Shown: positions 8,060 through 17,096, numbered from the stretch's first letter. The stretch is DNA of 32,350 nucleotides from Candidatus Micrarchaeota archaeon (GCA_018304385.1 JAGVWJ010000010.1:1-32350), one strand, 5' to 3'. A program made the numbers and translations. Notes: generated from the letters alone by a model not told the origin.

Positions 8060-9043
8060 ATGCATGTGAAACCTCCCACTGTGCCCAAGCTAGATAAGCT
8101 AGATTGGCGCATACTCTACGAGCTCGACCGCAACGCGTCACAGTCACTCGCAGAAATAGGAAAAAAATTACATGTTGGTCGGGATGTAATGCACTATCGC
8201 GTTAAGCGATTGGAGCGCGAGAGAATAATAAAAAATTATATAACAATAATAGATTATGGAAAAATAGGCTACATGAGTGGTTCGATTTATCTTAAGCTTC
8301 AACATGATACCCCAGAAATCCAAGAAGAAATAATGAACTATTTCAAAAACGATCCGCGCGTATGGTGGCTAAGTTTTCGTGATGGTAATTATGATATTGC
8401 GCTAACTTGGTGGGCAAAAGATATTGTTGAACTAAAAGAAGCGGAAAAAAATTTACTTGCAAAATATAGAAAATATTTTAAAGAAATAAAAACACGACCG
8501 TACAACTCGCTTACAATTTTTCCAAGGAATTATTTCATAAATTGGGAAAGAAAAAAAACTGACTCATTTGTTATAAAAACAAAGGTTGAAAAAATCACCA
8601 ATGAAGATGACGAACGAATATTAGCGCTAATTGCAGAAAATGCGAGATTAAGTTATGTGGAAATCGCAAATAAGCTTAAATTAAGCGCAGCGCAGGTTTT
8701 CTATAAACTAAAATTATTACGTGAAAAGAAAATAATTCTAGGTTCGCGCGCGGTAATTGATTGCGAGCTTTTAGGTTACCAATGGTTTAAAATTGATTTT
8801 TATCTCGATGATTTCACGCAGGCTGAAAAAATATATTCTTATGTTGCATCGCATCCAAACGTAGTTTATGCATACGATAGTTTAGGAGGTGCGGATGTAG
8901 AATTTGAAGTGGAAGTCAAGAATTATGACGAATTGCTAACAATCGAAAATGAAATTAAAAAGAGATTTGGAGATTCAATTCGCTATACTGAACATTATAT
9001 GTTTTTCAAAGAACAAAAGATTTTGTATTTTCCTTCTTTTTAA
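8060..9043 (+). CDS. Lrp/AsnC-family transcriptional regulator with two tandem wHTH+RAM units
   Basis: 'LDKLDWRILYELDRNASQSLAEIGKKL' and a second HTH 'DERILALIAENARLSYVEIANKL'. Confidence 0.88.
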   Translation: MHVKPPTVPKLDKLDWRILYELDRNASQSLAEIGKKLHVGRDVMHYRVKRLERERIIKNYITIIDYGKIGYMSGSIYLKLQHDTPEIQEEIMNYFKNDPRVWWLSFRDGNYDIALTWWAKDIVELKEAEKNLLAKYRKYFKEIKTRPYNSLTIFPRNYFINWERKKTDSFVIKTKVEKITNEDDERILALIAENARLSYVEIANKLKLSAAQVFYKLKLLREKKIILGSRAVIDCELLGYQWFKIDFYLDDFTQAEKIYSYVASHPNVVYAYDSLGGADVEFEVEVKNYDELLTIENEIKKRFGDSIRYTEHYMFFKEQKILYFPSF

Positions 9044-9140
9044 ATAAATTCAAATTAGCACACTTATAGCAACTAAAAAACCTCACCTTTAAAAACCTTG
9101 TTTTTGTTTGCATAAGTCCGATTAATAGGAGGTGTTTCCC

Positions 9141-10340
9141 ATGCAGGTAGTATCGCCTCATCGTGCTGCCCAATCTGTAACAAGGGATGGCGTTGGCAAG
9201 TTAGTGCAAGCTAGAGTTCCGCTTGCAGATGCACATTTATCTTATTTTGATCGCTTATCAAGTTACTATAATGACCAAGTAGCTCCTAAATGTACTGCCG
9301 CGGGATATAGACCCCCAGCACTTCAGGATCTAGCTGATGAAAGAAGGAAAAGATTAGCTGTCGATTCTTATATAATAGGTGATATAGGGCATATAAGCGT
9401 ATTAATCCATGCAGCGCAAACTGGAGGAACTAACGAAGTTCAGCTATTGCGTTCCAAACTACTTAATGCATCTGATAGCGAAGTATGTACTAGCACTGTT
9501 ATAGACGGTCCAGCGTTGGGCAAGCAGCGAAATGAGCATATAGAAGCAATTGATAGATTTCTTGAAGGCCTTGTTCGCCTTGCAAGTAATATTCCATCAC
9601 ATGAACTTCCAGTTATAACCGGTCAGGTTCTTAATGGGGTTTATGTGGAAAAATATCTTGCTGCTGGCGCTTCCTCTGAAGTTTCTGGAAGGCAAGTATC
9701 TGTAGTTGGTCAAAATACATTTCCCCTTTATAGAGTTCAAATACCTAAAGGTAATGGTAGCAGTGTTCATAGGTTAGGCACAGTCGTGTTCAAATTAGAT
9801 ACGCTAGCCGTAGAGCAGACAAGTTTAGACGGTACTGCAATACATAGGAGAACTACCATGAGTAAGGTTGATCTTGCTGCAGCAATAAGAGCAGGAGCTA
9901 ATGGAAATGGGCGCAAGGATAGTCCACAAGAAGATATTTCTATTACATTAACGGTAACATACGGACCAGAGGGTATATCAGTTAGAACAGCATATGAAAA
10001 ACAAGGTAGAAGAGAGACTGCTGCAGATTTGGATTATGCGAACGCTTTAGTTTCATTTACCAGCGCAGGTAGCGAAACATTTAGAGATACATTTGTCGCA
10101 CGAGCTGAGTTAAAACCGGAAACATGGATGAGCATTGGTTTGCCAAAATCAGGTGCTAACCCAGATCTTCCCATATTTTTATTTGCAAATAATACAGACG
10201 GCGCTCTATTCTCAGTTTTAGGCGCTTTCAGATCGCGTATTAGCAGGGTAGAATTTCTAACAGCAGTATATGATGATGTTGCATTGCTGGCGCACGTTGG
10301 GGCATCGGATATTTTTAGAGCAGTGAATAATCAGCCGTGA
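9141..10340 (+). CDS. Hypothetical protein
   Basis: ~400-aa ORF. GGAGG RBS precedes the ATG at 9141. No motif recognised. Confidence 0.75.
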   Translation: MQVVSPHRAAQSVTRDGVGKLVQARVPLADAHLSYFDRLSSYYNDQVAPKCTAAGYRPPALQDLADERRKRLAVDSYIIGDIGHISVLIHAAQTGGTNEVQLLRSKLLNASDSEVCTSTVIDGPALGKQRNEHIEAIDRFLEGLVRLASNIPSHELPVITGQVLNGVYVEKYLAAGASSEVSGRQVSVVGQNTFPLYRVQIPKGNGSSVHRLGTVVFKLDTLAVEQTSLDGTAIHRRTTMSKVDLAAAIRAGANGNGRKDSPQEDISITLTVTYGPEGISVRTAYEKQGRRETAADLDYANALVSFTSAGSETFRDTFVARAELKPETWMSIGLPKSGANPDLPIFLFANNTDGALFSVLGAFRSRISRVEFLTAVYDDVALLAHVGASDIFRAVNNQP

Positions 10341-10385
10341 GCCAACGTTTCGTGTCTACGGCCCACTGCTCAGGGCTCAAGGCTT
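10331..10385. repeat. Family C heptamer element (TGAGC units - AACGTT - GCTCA units)
   Basis: TCAGCCG TGAGCCA ACGTT ... GCCCACT GCTCAGG GCTCAAG GCTT. Overlaps the stop of 9141..10340 and precedes rnz. Confidence 0.72.
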
Positions 10386-10412
10386 TAATTCTATATTATC
10401 AGATAAATATTT

Positions 10413-11297
10413 ATGTCAAACTTACAAATAACATTTCTCGGAACAAGCGGTGGTGTGCCAACACCAAAGCGTGGCATGCCAAGCATCGCAATAAAATGGA
10501 ACGGAGAAATTTATTTATTTGATTGTGGCGAAGGAACGCAACGCGCAATGATGCAAAGCAAAGTTGGTTACGGCAGTATAAACTCAATTTTCATTTCGCA
10601 TTTGCATTTAGATCATTTTCTCGGTGTTTTCGGATTAATTGAAACACTGCATCTTTTGCAGCCTTCACCAAAGCCAATTAGTATATACGCACCAGAATAT
10701 TTCGAATTGATTAACAAATACAAATTTATTACTCTGGACAAAATAAAACCTCGTGGCGGATTGCTTTTACAAGGAAATGATTTTTCTATAAGTGCATTTA
10801 CAGTTAAGCACACTAAAAATTCTTACGGATTTATTTTCAAGGAAAACGATCGAAGAAAATTTGATGAAGAGAAAGCGCATGCGCTTGGTTTGCAAGGAAG
10901 AATGTTTTCAGAGATTCAAAAGAAAGGTTCTCTTGTAATAAACGGAAAAAAGATTTTACTTGACGATGTAAGTTGGATAAAACCAGGTCGAAAAATAGTT
11001 TATTCTGGTGATTGTGCACCATCAGAGAATTTAATAAAAGTAGCAAAGGATGCAGATTTGCTTATTCACGAATCAACATTTGCAAACGATAAAGAGGACG
11101 AAGCAAAAGAAAGAATGCATACTACCTCAAAGCAAGCAGCGATGATTGCGAAGCAATCAAATGTAAAGAAATTAGTTCTTACTCATATTAGTCCGCGATA
11201 CAGCGAGGAAGAAAGTATTAAAAATTTACTCGGAGATGCTAAATCAGTATTTAATAATACCATAGTGGCTAACGATGGTTTGATCGTCGAGGTATAA
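10413..11297 (+). CDS. rnz: Ribonuclease Z (tRNA 3' endonuclease)
   Basis: 'FLGTSGGVPTPKRG', 'FDCGEGTQ', 'SHLHLDH', 'YSGD', 'HEST' and 'LTHISPRY'. Confidence 0.95.
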   Translation: MSNLQITFLGTSGGVPTPKRGMPSIAIKWNGEIYLFDCGEGTQRAMMQSKVGYGSINSIFISHLHLDHFLGVFGLIETLHLLQPSPKPISIYAPEYFELINKYKFITLDKIKPRGGLLLQGNDFSISAFTVKHTKNSYGFIFKENDRRKFDEEKAHALGLQGRMFSEIQKKGSLVINGKKILLDDVSWIKPGRKIVYSGDCAPSENLIKVAKDADLLIHESTFANDKEDEAKERMHTTSKQAAMIAKQSNVKKLVLTHISPRYSEEESIKNLLGDAKSVFNNTIVANDGLIVEV

Positions 11298-11389
11298 CTC
11301 ATACGACGATAATCTAATATTCGCTATTAAGCGTAATTCGCTCTTTAGCGAATAGTTTATACGGCTATTGTCTACCTACTATTAGTTTA

Positions 11390-11409
11390 TTATAAACAAT
11401 TGTTTATAA
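11390..11409. promoter_or_regulatory. Perfect 20-bp palindrome TTATAAACAATTGTTTATAA upstream of the S-layer gene
   Basis: Self-complementary sequence read directly. Function is inferred only. Confidence 0.45.
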
Positions 11410-11527
11410 CGAAGCAAAACCTTTATAAACATTGTGTTTGACAACTTTCTAGTTTCAATATACAATGATAGAGAGGTTTCTCTATCATATTTTGGACCTT
11501 GTATCCTCGAAATGAGTGGTACTAAAC

Positions 11528-11570
11528 TCCGTCGGTAATTATTATATATAAAGCGGTCCATTGCGACGGA
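11528..11570 (+). promoter_or_regulatory. Putative S-layer promoter: TATA-like TATATAAAG bracketed by inverted repeat TCCGTCG/CGACGGA
   Basis: Inverted repeat at 11528-11534 and 11564-11570 surrounds a TATA-like box ~80 bp upstream of the ATG. Confidence 0.5.
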
Positions 11571-11626
11571 ATTAAATTGAGGGAAATACGATACGTACGT
11601 ATTTCTGAAAAATCTGAGGTGAAAAG

Positions 11627-14500
11627 ATGAAAGTGAATTTAAAGAAAATAGGCGCAATGGTTGCAGGTGCAACTATATTAGCAAGCTCTGTAGCATTTGC
11701 AGGCTTGATGTATGGAAATACAGTATTAGTAAATGACCAAGGTAACACAGCAGCTAAAGTAGTTGTTGGTGAAAAAGCATTAGCAAGCGATGGTGTTGCA
11801 GCAGCAAACATAGCAGCAGCAATCGCATCAAATGCATGGAAATCAACAGTATTTACAGCATCAGTTAGCGGTGATCCAACATGTGCAGTAGGTGGTGCAG
11901 CAGGTGAAGCAGGTGCATGTGCAATTTCAAATGAAAAAGCAAAATTAGAAATTTCTGTTCCAGGTTCTGCAACTCCAGGTACTTATACTTTAAAAACATT
12001 AGTTGGGGATCTTACAGATAGAACACTTTTAGATAGAGGTTTAGCCTCACAGGGTAACTATACATTGTCAACTACAGAAACAAATGACGTCGATGCACAT
12101 CCATTCACGGTGAGTGGTTCAAATACAGGTTTAAGTGGTGTTTCAGATCAGGAAATATATAAGATTGGTTCAGATCAGTTTTCTCCATTTCAGGAAGTAG
12201 CTGTCACTGACGCGGATGCTGGTAAAACTTATAAGGAAAAACAAGCTTTATGGATAACAGCACACTCTCAGTACCGAGATGTTTTAGATGCAGTTGGCGG
12301 CAGATTCAAAAACTTTGTTTATCAAGTAAAGTTTACTCAGGATCAATACGGTATTCCGGTGTGTACCAAATCAGTAAATGGCAGCTGGGAATATAACAGT
12401 GCTGCATGTACTACTGCAAATACAGATGCAACCCAAAATCACAAGGTAAAGATTAAGTTCTTAGGAAGTGATTGGGTAATTACCAAATTAGATAATACCG
12501 GTGTAGCTAATTCAAACAATGAAACAGGAGTACAAAGCGGTGGTGAAATTAACCTTGCTAAAGAATCTGTGGGTGGCATTATAAATGTAGGTGAATGTTT
12601 GGATGCTGCTGGCGGTTTGAAGGTCTGCCTTGACGACATTAAAGAAGGTTCAACATCATCAGAACAAAGCGCAATAATTAGTATAAAAGATGCAAACGGT
12701 GCTTTACTAAAGCAAACAACGGTTGCACCAGGAACAACACAGACAATATCAACAACAGGTGGTACACAAGTACGTGTTCGTGTATTCAAGACAGCTCCTG
12801 GTTATACATTTGGTGCAAAATGGGCAGATATGTCTGTTATTAGTAATGAATTAGTACTAAAGGATGGTGACAGTGTAGAAGTAAATTCTGATAGAGATAA
12901 AAACACCAAATGGAAAGTTAGATTAGCATGGAAGAATAGAGATACCACCTCTACTGGAATGGCTAACTATACAGATCATTTAAGATCTATATTGATATAT
13001 AGAGATGTTTCAGATTTCTTTAAGGCAGGTGAAGGATACAACCTAATGGAAGACCCAATTGGATTTAAATTTACATATAAAGGTGTATCCTCAGCTACAG
13101 AATACGATACACTAAGATATGAGTTTGTTGACATGGGTGGATCTTCGTTTACTTATGTCGCAGATGGATCAACAGCAACTACAAGAGAAGTAAATGCAAG
13201 TTATCTAAAAATTTCAACTGGTGTTTCTGGTGGATTTACTCCAACAGTTGGCAGTGGTAGTGAAGTAAGGATACTATTACTAACTGGTACTAGCGATGCT
13301 ATTAATCAGACTGCGGGCAACGTTTCAAAAGGTGCAAATACAGGTTTTAGTACATTGGACGGAGCTGGCGCAGGAGGATTAATGTCTGGAAGCGTAATTA
13401 TGAAACTTGAAGGTTCACCGGAAAGATGGGTGTTTGTCGGAAACCTAACTCAATACGCAGGACTTTCACCTGGTTTTGGAAATGATTCATATGTTAACCT
13501 GCCATACACTACTGGTGGTTCAGCAGGTACAATTGGCGGTGGCGGTTTAGTAAGAATAGGCTGGGGTTCTTCAGGTAACGGATCAAGTTTTGAAAACTGG
13601 GATATCCAAAACGGCAACTACTCTACAGCTACACATGCACAATTAGGCATTAATAGTCTAATTGCTTCTACAGGTGGTGTAGTTATCTTACTATCTGAAG
13701 ATTCTGGTGAAGGTTTATCAGCAAGTAAACCAAGCGCAGTTGCAGCATTTTTTAACATAACTGCAAAGAGCTTTAACAAGGATTCGCCAAATAGCAGATA
13801 CTTAAAAGATAAATGTACAGTATCAAGCCCTGCAAACTACAGCAACACACCACTACAAACACATGACCTTGAAGGTAGCATGTTAACTCAAAAAGAAGTT
13901 AATTATGTAACACACAGAGGTACAATTTGTAAAGAACTAAGTGACAATGTGTTTACTCTGAAAGTTCCGAAAGGAGCACCAGCAAAGGTAGAATACCTAT
14001 TAAGTACAGCAGAAGCAGCAACTAGTGAATCATCTGGTTACCAAGCAACACTTGGTGAAGGAGAAAGCTATGAAATACCAGGCACAGGCGGCATTTCAGT
14101 AAAAGTAAAAGAAATTACTGAAGACGTTGGCGCATGCGGCGTTGGTACAGGTGCAGCTCCAGCATGTACAGTTGACAGCTCTGGATTAAGTGCAGTAGTT
14201 CTTGCTGATGGAAAGAGTCCAAAGGCATCATACGATGGCGCAACAGCAGGCAGCGTTCCACGCAGCCTAGTTGTTCTAGACAGAGATGCATCTGAAACAG
14301 ATGTATATGTAACTGTCGGTGGTCCAGCAGTAAACGAAGTAACAAAGAAAGCATTGGAAGGTGCAGCAGTAAACTTCGCAACAGACAAGAAAGTAGTTAA
14401 AGAGGTTGCAAACGGTAAGAGAATCGTTGTAGCTGGTTTAACTGCAGCTGATACATTAGAAGCAGCACAAGACTTCATAGCAGCATTAAAGAGACAGTAA
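11627..14500 (+). CDS. S-layer protein (Methanococcales/DPANN-type conserved N- and C-terminal domains)
   Basis: Signal peptide 'MKVNLKKIGAMVAGATILASSVAFA', 'VVVGEKALASDGVAAANIAA', C-terminal 'VGGPAVNEVT...IVVAGLTAADTLEAA' and many N-x-S/T sequons. GAGGTG RBS. Confidence 0.88.
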   Translation: MKVNLKKIGAMVAGATILASSVAFAGLMYGNTVLVNDQGNTAAKVVVGEKALASDGVAAANIAAAIASNAWKSTVFTASVSGDPTCAVGGAAGEAGACAISNEKAKLEISVPGSATPGTYTLKTLVGDLTDRTLLDRGLASQGNYTLSTTETNDVDAHPFTVSGSNTGLSGVSDQEIYKIGSDQFSPFQEVAVTDADAGKTYKEKQALWITAHSQYRDVLDAVGGRFKNFVYQVKFTQDQYGIPVCTKSVNGSWEYNSAACTTANTDATQNHKVKIKFLGSDWVITKLDNTGVANSNNETGVQSGGEINLAKESVGGIINVGECLDAAGGLKVCLDDIKEGSTSSEQSAIISIKDANGALLKQTTVAPGTTQTISTTGGTQVRVRVFKTAPGYTFGAKWADMSVISNELVLKDGDSVEVNSDRDKNTKWKVRLAWKNRDTTSTGMANYTDHLRSILIYRDVSDFFKAGEGYNLMEDPIGFKFTYKGVSSATEYDTLRYEFVDMGGSSFTYVADGSTATTREVNASYLKISTGVSGGFTPTVGSGSEVRILLLTGTSDAINQTAGNVSKGANTGFSTLDGAGAGGLMSGSVIMKLEGSPERWVFVGNLTQYAGLSPGFGNDSYVNLPYTTGGSAGTIGGGGLVRIGWGSSGNGSSFENWDIQNGNYSTATHAQLGINSLIASTGGVVILLSEDSGEGLSASKPSAVAAFFNITAKSFNKDSPNSRYLKDKCTVSSPANYSNTPLQTHDLEGSMLTQKEVNYVTHRGTICKELSDNVFTLKVPKGAPAKVEYLLSTAEAATSESSGYQATLGEGESYEIPGTGGISVKVKEITEDVGACGVGTGAAPACTVDSSGLSAVVLADGKSPKASYDGATAGSVPRSLVVLDRDASETDVYVTVGGPAVNEVTKKALEGAAVNFATDKKVVKEVANGKRIVVAGLTAADTLEAAQDFIAALKRQ

Positions 14501-14555
14501 ATTTAGTCTCTTTTTTCTTTATTTTTTATTTTTCTTTATTTTTCTAATTTTTTAA
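14501..14555 (+). terminator. Oligo-T tract terminator after the S-layer gene
   Basis: Several T5-T7 runs immediately after the stop codon. Confidence 0.6.
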
Positions 14556-14639
14556 TTGTTTGCGGGCGTTTAGGTTGTTTTAGGTAATAATTTTTAGTTG
14601 TTGGTTTTTTTTATCGTAATAACAGTTACTTTTATCATT

Positions 14640-14664
14640 GCTCACTGCCAAAGGCTGAGGGCAG
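14640..14664 (+). repeat. Family C heptamer array
   Basis: GCTCACT GCCAAAG GCTGAGG GCAG, upstream of the TATA-like TTTATAAA of ORF 14704. Confidence 0.55.
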
Positions 14665-14703
14665 TAACTCCCATTTATAAATATTTCGTAACAACATACT
14701 ATT

Positions 14704-16119
14704 ATGCAATTTCGCACTTTTTATAATTCTAATAAACCAACGACCAGGAACCAAAGACCCATTAGTGAGAAGGGAGGTTGCGCTAGGAACCGTAGGTTCC
14801 TGGCATTTCGCAATGCATTTACTACAGCAGCAGTTATTTTCGCTTCTTTATTGCCATTTAAAGCGCAAGCAATAGACGTAGGTAGATCAACTGGTTCAGC
14901 TATTTCTGGAGTTAATACTTTAAGAAACGATGATGGAAGCGTTACCTTTGCATTTACAGGGCAAGAAGGCGAGGTAGTTAAATTTACATTTACTAAAGAA
15001 GAATTCGCTGAATTAGTGCGTAAAAAACCTAATAAAAGCGAGTTTGATGCATATTTAAAAGCAAAATTAGATGAAGCAGAAGCTAGGTTAGCTGCATTGA
15101 GAAAAGAAGCAGAAAAAGCGCAACCCCCCAGAGAAATAAGATCACCACCTCAGCCAGTTCCACCTCCGCAAGTTGCACCAGAACCAATGCCAAGACCAGA
15201 ACCACCAAAACCACCCGAACCTGCTCCGCCAACAGAAGTGGCGCCACCACCACAACCTCCACCCGCAGCTCCACCTGAAAGAAGACAAGAACCACCTCCA
15301 TCTTTACGTGAACCAGGTGAATTTTCTTTTGCAGGTAATGTTCGTGATAAACTCCTTAGAGCAAGAGATGCAGATCAAGTAAGGGATGCTTTGAGATCAT
15401 ATGGTGGAGGGGATATAGCAGATGATGCCATATCTACATTGTCTCCTACGGAAAGAGGACGTCTTGTTGCAATGTTAACACCTGCTCAGCAAAAAGAATA
15501 CGGAATATCAAGTATCGCAGGACCACTTTTATCCATGCCAAGTGTATTTCCATTTAAAACTGGTGGTAAGGATGGTGCTATGGGGTTTACAATTGCAGGC
15601 GTAGTAGATCTTAGTATACCAGAAGATGTTATTCTTGCTAAAAATTATAAAAAAATGTTAGAGTTGGTACGTGCAGGTCTTAAAACAGCGCTTAGTGAAG
15701 AACAAGCCCAAATGCCTGCTGATAAGCGTATGTCAAATAGCGATGTCGATGAAGTAGTAGAACGGGTTATGGAAAGTATTGATGAAAAAACACTAGTATC
15801 GCCAACTAATAAGATACTAAAGCAGCTTAAAAAAGATGACGCAGCAACAAAAGCATCGCAAAGATGGACAATTCGTTTTGAATACCCGCCAGAGAGTAAA
15901 ACTGAATATTCTTTAACAGTTACATTCGCTGAAATACGTAGGAAATCAAAAGCAGATATAACAAAAATATTCGAAGCAAAAGTAGAAGAAGCATTAAGCA
16001 GTGTCATATCGGATGGTGGAGAGAGAAAAAAAGCAGTTAGAAAAGTTACAAGGGATCTTAGTTCTGTAGTAGAAGAACTTCATGCGAAAGCAGTAAAATT
16101 AGATCGAGAATTAAACTGA
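14704..16119 (+). CDS. Hypothetical, probably exported protein with a long Pro-rich linker
   Basis: Basic n-region, hydrophobic stretch ending in 'AQA', and a ~60-aa Pro/Glu-rich segment (PPQPVPPPQVAPEPMPRPEPPKPPEPAPP...). Confidence 0.75.
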   Translation: MQFRTFYNSNKPTTRNQRPISEKGGCARNRRFLAFRNAFTTAAVIFASLLPFKAQAIDVGRSTGSAISGVNTLRNDDGSVTFAFTGQEGEVVKFTFTKEEFAELVRKKPNKSEFDAYLKAKLDEAEARLAALRKEAEKAQPPREIRSPPQPVPPPQVAPEPMPRPEPPKPPEPAPPTEVAPPPQPPPAAPPERRQEPPPSLREPGEFSFAGNVRDKLLRARDADQVRDALRSYGGGDIADDAISTLSPTERGRLVAMLTPAQQKEYGISSIAGPLLSMPSVFPFKTGGKDGAMGFTIAGVVDLSIPEDVILAKNYKKMLELVRAGLKTALSEEQAQMPADKRMSNSDVDEVVERVMESIDEKTLVSPTNKILKQLKKDDAATKASQRWTIRFEYPPESKTEYSLTVTFAEIRRKSKADITKIFEAKVEEALSSVISDGGERKKAVRKVTRDLSSVVEELHAKAVKLDRELN

Positions 16120-16160
16120 ATAGCTTCTAATTTTAAATTTTCCCAATTGGAAACCTAGTG

Positions 16161-16250
16161 TTTTCTCATTCTTTTAAAGCCGTCGTCTTACTTTTGTTCT
16201 CTTTAGTGACGATGCACTATTATTTTTATCTTGGCATCGTCGGTCGTTTT
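16161..16250 (-). repeat. Family B ~87-bp structured repeat, copy 1
   Basis: Minus strand reads AAACGACC-GACGATGC-N18-GCATCGTC-ACTAAAG-AGAACAAAAGTAAGA-CGACGG-CTTTAAAAGAATGAGAAAA. Confidence 0.82.
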
Positions 16251-16313
16251 GGTATCTTACTTATACAAATTTTGCGAGTATTTTAAACTATTACACTATA
16301 TAATTTATATCGT

Positions 16314-17078
16314 ATGTTATGCACTCGCTGTGGCGCAGAGGCCCATGATTATGGCGCAGATGGCTTAGTTTATTGTAGTAGTTGCTTATTCTATGGCATG
16401 AACAAGTCATGCTGGAAATGCAGAATGTATCTCCCAGCATCAGAATTGCAAACGTTCAATGGCCAGTTAACATGTCCTTATTGTATAATGGATCTTAGAG
16501 ATGAAAATAAACGCATTGAAGAACGTTATAAGGAAAGAGAAAAGAAAAAAGATAAATATGCAGAAGCGTATGCAACCGGCGAGCAATGCGAACGCTGTGG
16601 TCGCAATCTTAATACTGTTTTCTATTACAATGGTAAAAAATTATGCTCCACATGCATGGAAGAAGAGAAGAAGGATTGGAAAACCATAGGTGGTGAGCAC
16701 CCACCAATGGGCATGTATAAAATTAAGCAGGACAAGGCAAAAAAATCAAGTATTGTTGTTGCAGTTCATAAAAAATTAAACGAGTTTTTCGGCCATCTTG
16801 TAAAAAGATTCAGGGAAGAAGAGAAAAAAGAGGATGAAAAGAGCGAACAAACAAGAAAAGAAAAAGAAAAAACAAGGCTAGAAGAAAAATTCGGCCAGAT
16901 GAAAGATAAAGTATTTTTAGAACGACTGCCGAAGGCAAGTGAAAAGATTGAAAAATATAAAATCGAAGAACCAGACAAACTTCCAAAGATAAAAAAAGGT
17001 AGAAAGAGAAAGGATAAAAAAGAAAAAGGAAAAAAACTTGGTTTTGAAAAGTTTTCTGATTCAAATAGTAGAAACTAA
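16314..17078 (+). CDS. Cys-rich protein with three CxxC...CxxC zinc-finger units and a charged C-terminal tail
   Basis: Six CxxC pairs: CTRC/CSSC, CWKC/CPYC and CERC/CSTC. Lys/Glu-rich C-terminus. Confidence 0.75.
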   Translation: MLCTRCGAEAHDYGADGLVYCSSCLFYGMNKSCWKCRMYLPASELQTFNGQLTCPYCIMDLRDENKRIEERYKEREKKKDKYAEAYATGEQCERCGRNLNTVFYYNGKKLCSTCMEEEKKDWKTIGGEHPPMGMYKIKQDKAKKSSIVVAVHKKLNEFFGHLVKRFREEEKKEDEKSEQTRKEKEKTRLEEKFGQMKDKVFLERLPKASEKIEKYKIEEPDKLPKIKKGRKRKDKKEKGKKLGFEKFSDSNSRN

Positions 17079-17096
17079 TGCGATAAGTAGGACATT

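Noticed and set aside
12439-14478. Antisense and alternative-frame ORFs over the S-layer gene (similarly over ftsZ, truD, PAC2, UbiA, DUF362, mre11)
   Set aside because: Shadow ORFs from codon bias of the real genes; no motifs or RBS.
14704-14820. Tat signal in 'RNRRFLAF'
   Set aside because: Does not fit S/T-R-R-x-F-L-K spacing, so it is treated as a Sec-like or unknown signal.
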